From a bacterium (GTDB lineage: Bacteria; UBA10199; 2-02-FULL-44-16; DYJF01): a stretch of 51,587 nucleotides of DNA. Where the stretch lies: assembly GCA_041739675.1 (NCBI GenBank), contig JBGSNL010000075.1, positions 1-51,587 on the forward strand. Reading direction: 5' to 3'. Each line of letters begins with the position of its first letter. Position 1 is the stretch's first letter. Positions 45,958 through 51,587 of the stretch are shown here, piece after piece. A program made the translations under genes and the position numbers. Under the pieces are notes generated by a model. It worked only from the letters and a program-made list of their open reading frames with translations, did no database searches and had not been told where the DNA came from.

Positions 45958-46054
45958 TTTTTCTCCGTCTCAGTTGATTTTTGTGGGTACCATAGGCCAA
46001 AAAGTGTGTCAAACCGCTTGTCATTTTACTTTTTCCTGCTATGAGGTCACGCTC

Positions 46055-46828
46055 ATGAAGATAAAGATGACGGTTTTCATCCTGATTGCGGTCTTGAGTT
46101 TCACAAAGACAGCCCTGTGTGCGGCGGAAACGATGATTTTCTGGTACCCCGGCGAGGCGGGCACAACTCAAGAGGCGCAGCCCATACTCGATACTTTTTT
46201 AGATTACGTGAGCAGCAAGGCTCAGACGGTAAAACTTTCCGGAAAATATTTCAATACTACGGATGAAGGATTGGCGTTCATAAACAGGCAAAAACCTGCA
46301 ATCGGAATCGTCAGCTATTTCGCGTGGGAGTCGAACAAAGGGAACTTTCGCAACTCGAAGGTCTGGCTTGCAACAAATCCTACGCCCCACGGACAAAAAC
46401 AGGAAAGCTACACGCTTGTCGGAAAAGGCTCCCTTCCGGGCGGAAATGTCACCGTCTTTTCAAGCGAGCCTTTGGGAAAGGATTTTATAAAGAACAAGTT
46501 GGCCTTTGCACAATTGAAGGATTTCACGCCGCAGTCCACGGCCCAACTGCTCTTCAAACTGAAGTCGATCGCCGAAGGTTCCGTTTCAGCCGTTGCTATT
46601 CTTTCGCCCACAGAGGCCGTCACATTTCAAAAGATGAGCGCACCTTGGACAAAATCTCTGCAGGTGTTGGCAAAATCCGCTGTGGTGCCGACCGCCCGTG
46701 TCGTCATATTCAATCCCCCTCTCAAGGACGAGGTGAATCTGAAGAATGCTCTTTTAAACCTCAAGAGCGATCCTCAGGCAAAAGATATATTGGAAGAGAT
46801 GCGGCTGGTTGGATTCTCGGAACCGTGA
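46055..46828 (+). CDS. Exported hypothetical protein, possibly PhnD/phosphonate-type substrate-binding fold
   Basis: Signal peptide from ATG 46055; C-terminal VLAKS..VP...VV.....L..ALL.L..DP.AK.IL..MRL.GF resembles PhnD-like proteins. Confidence 0.65.
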   Translation: MKIKMTVFILIAVLSFTKTALCAAETMIFWYPGEAGTTQEAQPILDTFLDYVSSKAQTVKLSGKYFNTTDEGLAFINRQKPAIGIVSYFAWESNKGNFRNSKVWLATNPTPHGQKQESYTLVGKGSLPGGNVTVFSSEPLGKDFIKNKLAFAQLKDFTPQSTAQLLFKLKSIAEGSVSAVAILSPTEAVTFQKMSAPWTKSLQVLAKSAVVPTARVVIFNPPLKDEVNLKNALLNLKSDPQAKDILEEMRLVGFSEP

Positions 46829-47755
46829 TCAGCGTTGAAAGACCGCGGAAGCGGCGCCCACAATTCCCGTCGACCCCCCAAGTGACGCCTTCAGAAGTTT
46901 GAGATGCTCCACGTTCTTTTTGTAAGTCCTTCGCTTTATCTCGGCGCGCGTCGCAGCGATAAAGAGATCCCACGACTCGGCGATTCCGCCGCCTATCACA
47001 ATTGCTGTGATCCCCAGCGTGTTTATAAGGTTGGCGATGCCTATTCCCAGATAAGAGCCGAACACTTTCCAGAGATTTATAGCCATCCTGTTTTTTTCGC
47101 GCGCAAGCTTTGCCATGAACTCCGGCGTGAGATATTTTGGATCAAGCGCCGGCCTCTTTCGCATGCTCTTAACAATATTTACGAATGCGCGGGAGGCCGC
47201 ATATTCTTCAAAGCAGCCCCGCCCCCCGCACATGCATGAAACCCCGTCAGGCTCTACGACAATGTGGCCCACCTCGCCGGCAAAGCCGCGGTCTCCGTGA
47301 AACACCTTGCCGTCGATCACGATTCCCCCGCCTATCCCGCTCCCCAAAGTGAGGACGATGAGATTTTTGCGCCCCTTTGCAGCTCCGTGCAAAAGTTCGG
47401 CTAGGGCATACATATTTGCATCGTTGTCTATGATGACAGGAATCGGAATTTTGGATTTCAAGAGTTTGGCGATATTTACGTCTCTCCATGACGGATAATT
47501 CGGGGATCTGTAGACGATTCCTTTTTCGGGATTCACTATGCCGGGTATGCCGCATCCGCAGCCGACGGGCTTTACCGGCGCATCCTTTATCATGGAAACG
47601 ACGTTTTCACCGATGAGAGAGGCGATTTTTTTTGCCGATTTGTCTTTCCCGACCGGGACGGACCTTCGAATTTCCACCCTCCCGTCTTCTCTCACGAGAC
47701 CGACGCGCAGATTCGTTGCACCAAGATCGACGCCTATTGCGAATTTGGATTTCAT
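46829..47755 (-). CDS. ROK family sugar kinase (glucokinase-like)
   Basis: IGVDLGAT, GIPG, IDNDAN, LTLGSGIGGG, AGEVGH, CMCGGRGCFE, IGGG. Confidence 0.93.
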   Translation of the reverse strand: MKSKFAIGVDLGATNLRVGLVREDGRVEIRRSVPVGKDKSAKKIASLIGENVVSMIKDAPVKPVGCGCGIPGIVNPEKGIVYRSPNYPSWRDVNIAKLLKSKIPIPVIIDNDANMYALAELLHGAAKGRKNLIVLTLGSGIGGGIVIDGKVFHGDRGFAGEVGHIVVEPDGVSCMCGGRGCFEEYAASRAFVNIVKSMRKRPALDPKYLTPEFMAKLAREKNRMAINLWKVFGSYLGIGIANLINTLGITAIVIGGGIAESWDLFIAATRAEIKRRTYKKNVEHLKLLKASLGGSTGIVGAASAVFQR

Positions 47756-47756
47756 A

Positions 47757-48515
47757 TCATTTTGTGGTCATGAGAGCTGCAAAGACACCGCCGGCAAGTG
47801 TTGCCACGAGCAGCAGAATGAATCCGCAGCAGAGTATAAGCGGCAAAAATACTACGACAGTGCTTTTCGAATAGCTTGTCTCGTGAACCACTTTGATGCC
47901 GATAATGTTGAGCACCACGACCCAGATGCCCGCGACCAGCCCGCCCAGGAACGGAACTATCTGGAGAATCTGCGGACCCATGCTGTAACAAACCGTTCTG
48001 AACGTGGCGCCGAAATCTCTTTTGGCAGAGCCTAAAATGAGAAGTCCCAGATGATAGAGAGCCGCCTGGATAAAGATGCCGATGGACACGGCAATCGGCA
48101 CGCCGATGACAGCAAAAAAAAGTGAGAAGACAACGATAAGCGGACCGGTGATGACGGTCATGGGCAAAATTGCCTGCTTTATGGCGCCCGCTATTTCAGC
48201 GCTCCCTTCAAGGGCCATGAAACCCGCCTGATAAGCGGCCGCGCATATGAAAACTACTATGCTGATCAGAACCGCGAAGAGCCACGGTTTGAAGAGGCCC
48301 GACCCTTCGGCGACCGCGCCGAAAAAAGGGACGGGTTCTACAAGGGAGCTTTTGATCGTTTCATAGAAGGCCCTCGGCCATTCGCCCGGATGATCCCATG
48401 CGACGCGCCCTTTAGAGATGACCTTCACCTCTTTCTGACAATTGGGACACTGAAAAGCACCTGAACCGTCGGCGCGAAACGTGGACTGGCAATGTGGGCA
48501 AGTATAAATATCCAT
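47757..48515 (-). CDS. Zinc-ribbon + YIP1-family membrane protein
   Basis: CPHC...CPNC N-terminus, then 5 TM helices with the F.ATFR.VCYS..P.IL..VP..G pattern. Confidence 0.8.
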   Translation of the reverse strand: MDIYTCPHCQSTFRADGSGAFQCPNCQKEVKVISKGRVAWDHPGEWPRAFYETIKSSLVEPVPFFGAVAEGSGLFKPWLFAVLISIVVFICAAAYQAGFMALEGSAEIAGAIKQAILPMTVITGPLIVVFSLFFAVIGVPIAVSIGIFIQAALYHLGLLILGSAKRDFGATFRTVCYSMGPQILQIVPFLGGLVAGIWVVVLNIIGIKVVHETSYSKSTVVVFLPLILCCGFILLLVATLAGGVFAALMTTK

Positions 48516-48524
48516 CCCATCTCC

Positions 48525-48553
48525 TTGCGCACGAAGCTAGCACATGGTACAAA
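48525..48553 (+). promoter_or_regulatory. Putative sigma70 promoter of the rsmE operon
   Basis: TTGCGC-17 nt-TACAAA with an extended -10 TG. Confidence 0.4.
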
Positions 48554-48565
48554 AAGGGTCAACGT

Positions 48566-49303
48566 ATGCCACAATTTTTCATAGATAAATCTCTCGTCTC
48601 GGGAAATGAAACCGAGATTTCAGGCCGCGACGCGCATCACATAATAGATGTGCTCCGTCTCAAGGCGGGCGACTGGCTCGTCTTGTCCGACGGCGGCGGA
48701 AGATCGTTCCGCGCAAAAATAAGATCCGCGGAAGCCAAAAAAGTTGTTGCAGTGATCGAAGCCGAAATTGCGGGGGCTCAGCCCGCCAATTCCCCCGCCC
48801 TTGCGTTCGCCGTGATAAAACACGACAGAAGCGAGTGGATCATACAGAAGGCGGTGGAGTTGGGTTGCCGACACATCGTTCCGTTCTATTGCAGCCGTAC
48901 GGTTCCCAAATACAGCTCGGCCGAGAAGAAGATCGGACGCTGGCGGGAAATCGCTATGGAAGCGGCAAAGCAGTCCGGCCTTCCGTTTGTTCCCCAGGTC
49001 GACCTGCCTTGCGATTTTGAAAAACTCTGCGAACTCTTCGCGAATTATGAAAAAACGATCCTGTTTTGGGAGGGTGAGACACACGAAGGTCTCAGGTCCG
49101 TGGTCTCCGGTCTCCGGTCTCAGCTCTTGCTTGTCATCGGCCCCGAAGGAGGATTTGAGGAATCGGAAGTTGCAAGATCAAAGGCCGCAGGCGCCGAGAC
49201 GGTGAGTCTCGGCCGCCAAATCCTTCGCGTGGAAACGGCCGCAATCGTTGCGCTGGCACTTGTACAATATGAACTGGAGAATCTTGCGCCATGGAAAAAG
49301 TGA
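48566..49303 (+). CDS. rsmE: 16S rRNA (uracil1498-N3)-methyltransferase RsmE
   Basis: HH..DVLRL..GD, E.IIQKAVELG, EAAKQS, IGPEGGF, SLG.QILR.ETAA. Confidence 0.95.
   Translation: MPQFFIDKSLVSGNETEISGRDAHHIIDVLRLKAGDWLVLSDGGGRSFRAKIRSAEAKKVVAVIEAEIAGAQPANSPALAFAVIKHDRSEWIIQKAVELGCRHIVPFYCSRTVPKYSSAEKKIGRWREIAMEAAKQSGLPFVPQVDLPCDFEKLCELFANYEKTILFWEGETHEGLRSVVSGLRSQLLLVIGPEGGFEESEVARSKAAGAETVSLGRQILRVETAAIVALALVQYELENLAPWKK
49088..49122 (+). repeat. Five tandem heptamers (GGTCTCC-like) inside rsmE
   Basis: ggtctca ggtccgt ggtctcc ggtctcc ggtctca, encoding GLRSVVSGLRSQ. Confidence 0.75.
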
Positions 49304-50079
49304 AGCTCCGGCAGGTGATCGATTCGAACTTGAGGGCAAGGCCGTTACTCATCGCCCACCGCGGTGCCAAACGAGAAGCTCCTGAAAACACAATTCCCGC
49401 ATTCGAGCGAGCGATAGAGCTTGGCGCCGACGGAATCGAGTTCGACGTCGTTCTCACAAAGGACCGCGTACCGCTCGTTACACACAACGACGACCTCTCG
49501 ATACTCACCCATTTCGACGGATTTGCGCATCAGACCCCCTTCTCAATGATCAAATCGCTCGATTTTGGAAGCCATTTCCGTCCCTCTTTTTCAAACGTGA
49601 CCGTTCCGACGCTGACGGAGGTGCTGGAACTCTTGCAGCCCCACGAGCTGTCGATACTTTGCGAACTCAAGAGCCAGCCGGGGATGGCCTATCACATTGC
49701 GGAGCTTGCGGGCGGGATCGTTTCCGATTTCCGTTTTAGAAGATCGATCACCCTTTCGTCTTCGAATCCGAAGATTCTTTATTATCTGAAGAGACTCTAC
49801 CCGAATCTTTCCCGTGCCCTCATCGTCAAAAAGAGGCGCGCTTTTTCCTTTTTAAGAGCGGCCGTTTTTGCTAAATTCCTAAAAGTATCGGAGATACATC
49901 CGTCATTTCCGCTGCTTGGCAGGCATCTAATCAGCCGTGCCCGCAGGAACGGATGGTGGGTGTACACATGGACAATAAATAGCCCCGATGAAATCGATCG
50001 CTGTCTGTCTTTTGGCGTTGAGGGGATAATCACGGATGATATCGCTATGGCGAAGACCCACATCGCATCCAAGTTATAA
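49291..50079 (+). CDS. Glycerophosphodiester phosphodiesterase (GDPD)
   Basis: IAHRG...APENT..AF..A...GADGIEFDV..TKD...V.H, PTL.EVL, ELK, WTIN, GIITD. Confidence 0.93.
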   Translation: MEKVKLRQVIDSNLRARPLLIAHRGAKREAPENTIPAFERAIELGADGIEFDVVLTKDRVPLVTHNDDLSILTHFDGFAHQTPFSMIKSLDFGSHFRPSFSNVTVPTLTEVLELLQPHELSILCELKSQPGMAYHIAELAGGIVSDFRFRRSITLSSSNPKILYYLKRLYPNLSRALIVKKRRAFSFLRAAVFAKFLKVSEIHPSFPLLGRHLISRARRNGWWVYTWTINSPDEIDRCLSFGVEGIITDDIAMAKTHIASKL

Positions 50080-50088
50080 GGAGCTGCC

Positions 50089-51587
50089 ATGGATGAAATG
50101 AGAGAGAACACGGATCTCATCGACGTTTCGGACGTAGCGCAGGATTTCGAGATGGAGTCCGTCGAGGAGGAGTCCAAGAGCGTCAGCAACATCGGCGAGC
50201 CTATAGAGCACGAACAGGCCGGCGGTTTCATGCTGGCGTCCCTGAAGGACCGCCTTTCGGCTGCCGTGATTGACGGCTTCATTCTTTATTTCGTCTACTG
50301 GTTCATGATGATCGCCTACAGAGCGATCGCTTTCGGACAGGCGGAAGGCCCGATACCGGCCAGCGGTTGGCACGGACTCATATTCCACGGCATATTTTTC
50401 CTGATCGCGTTCCTGTATTTTTTCCTGTTTGAAGGCATCTTCTATGCAAGTATCGGCAAGCTCATCTGCCGGCTTTCCATCCGGGGCGCCACCGGAAATT
50501 CAGCCTCTCTGGGCGGCGTTTTTTTGAGAAATCTCATAAGGCCAATCGATATCATCCTCTTCCCTCTTGCCATAGGCATCGTCATACTTGAAAAGACAGG
50601 GTGGCATCAGCGGATAGGCGACATTGTCGGAAGAACCGTTGTGATACGTAAGTTGGGCGCCACTCGCCGCCAGTACGCGCTTTCTTTGGACATCATCGCG
50701 TCGGCTTCCGGACGCTTTGGAGCGTTTATAATAGATGCGATATTTCTTGCCGGCCTTGCGATCGGCTACGGAATGCTCTTAAACCCCGATGAGCCGCTTT
50801 CAAGCATGGTACTCATCGTTGCTGCGCCGATAGTTTTTTTTCTCTTTTATTTTCTGCCCGAGGCACTGACGTCGACATCGATCGGAAAATTGATTTTCGG
50901 TTATGTCATCTGTCAGGAAGACGGAGCTGCGATCGATTGCAGCAGTGCTGCAACACGAACTCTCTGGCGATTTTGCGACATGAACCTCTTCGGATTTCTC
51001 TGTGTTCTTCTGTCCATCCGGAGACAAAGGCCGGGCGATCTCGCCGCGGGAACCGTCGTGTGCCGTGTTCAAAGGCAGCTTAAGGGCCTGATCGGTGCGC
51101 TGGCGATGGCGGTTGTAGTCATCGCGGTCGTTTCTGCGGGATATAGCAACCGGAATAATTTTCTCTCAGGTTCCTTCAAGGTAAACTTCCTTCCCGCAGT
51201 GGACTTCAAGATGGCGGGATTCGCCGGAATTCAGAGCAAGCCGGTTGGGAACCTTACGGTCCAGCAATTTTCGTTTGCGGCCGGATCGCCTGATCAAATT
51301 AGAAAGCCCTCTATCTTTCAGCCAGGCGAAACCGTCTTCATTGTCTTCAATGTCGACGGATACGAAGTGCAAGACGGCAAAGCTTGGATACAAGAGGATC
51401 TTATCGTTCGTTACCCCGATGAGAGCATAGGTTTGAAACTTGAAAACGTGATAGATTTCCACGAGACGGTAATAAAGGTAGGTCCGGTGGAACTGTCCAA
51501 CAACATAGCACTTCCTCAAAATGCGCTTGCGGGAAGGTACACGATAACACTGACATTGAGAGACAAGAATTCCGGCAGGCAGCTCAA
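50089..51587 (+). CDS. Tandem RDD-domain membrane protein with a C-terminal Ig-like domain (3'-truncated; missing from the supplied ORF track)
   Basis: AAGGAG RBS, ATG 50089, open to the window end. Two RDD units (LAS..DRL.A..ID...SIGK...QRIGD..GRTVV; AS..GRF.AF.ID...SIGK...QRPGDLAAGTVV), a TM helix, then FQPGETV...G.YTITLTLRD. Confidence 0.88.
   Translation, partial: MDEMRENTDLIDVSDVAQDFEMESVEEESKSVSNIGEPIEHEQAGGFMLASLKDRLSAAVIDGFILYFVYWFMMIAYRAIAFGQAEGPIPASGWHGLIFHGIFFLIAFLYFFLFEGIFYASIGKLICRLSIRGATGNSASLGGVFLRNLIRPIDIILFPLAIGIVILEKTGWHQRIGDIVGRTVVIRKLGATRRQYALSLDIIASASGRFGAFIIDAIFLAGLAIGYGMLLNPDEPLSSMVLIVAAPIVFFLFYFLPEALTSTSIGKLIFGYVICQEDGAAIDCSSAATRTLWRFCDMNLFGFLCVLLSIRRQRPGDLAAGTVVCRVQRQLKGLIGALAMAVVVIAVVSAGYSNRNNFLSGSFKVNFLPAVDFKMAGFAGIQSKPVGNLTVQQFSFAAGSPDQIRKPSIFQPGETVFIVFNVDGYEVQDGKAWIQEDLIVRYPDESIGLKLENVIDFHETVIKVGPVELSNNIALPQNALAGRYTITLTLRDKNSGRQL

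Overview
This is a chromosomal window of a diderm bacterium. Its gene content looks deltaproteobacteria-like (inference): BamA/Lol/Lnt, Cys-rich lipoproteins and the anaerobe-type homocysteine pathway. Most of it is housekeeping: bamA-lolD-lolE/C-lysS-prfB (programmed +1 frameshift)-lnt-ybeY-pgpH-phoH-yjbQ, mazG, murJ, rpsT, holA, leuS, a ROK kinase, rsmE and a GDPD. It also carries a gdh / pseudo-gdh / PEP-synthase-like operon, the three-gene aspartate-semialdehyde sulfurtransferase pathway and several secreted hypothetical proteins. The standout is an ~11 kb insert (28.1-39.6 kb) between yjbQ and mazG holding two giant genes with unrelated cargo. One encodes a double GHKL ATPase with beta-repeats and an HExxH metallopeptidase motif; the other encodes a novel repeat array fused to a SNF2 ATPase. 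Both have the same ~70-bp upstream element with a sigma28-like promoter (GCAACTTT-N11-GSCGATAA) and the same ~100-aa C-terminal tail (PPAPAAPAD...GLADTGETSG..Y.GY...RTP..AP..PSV). This looks like a cassette-type, co-regulated family of possibly exported effectors. The insert is flanked by a ~220-nt branched hairpin on one side and a REP-like repeat cluster on the other. I found no rRNA, tRNA, CRISPR array, integrase or transposase. All family assignments come from motif recognition by eye, not database searches.
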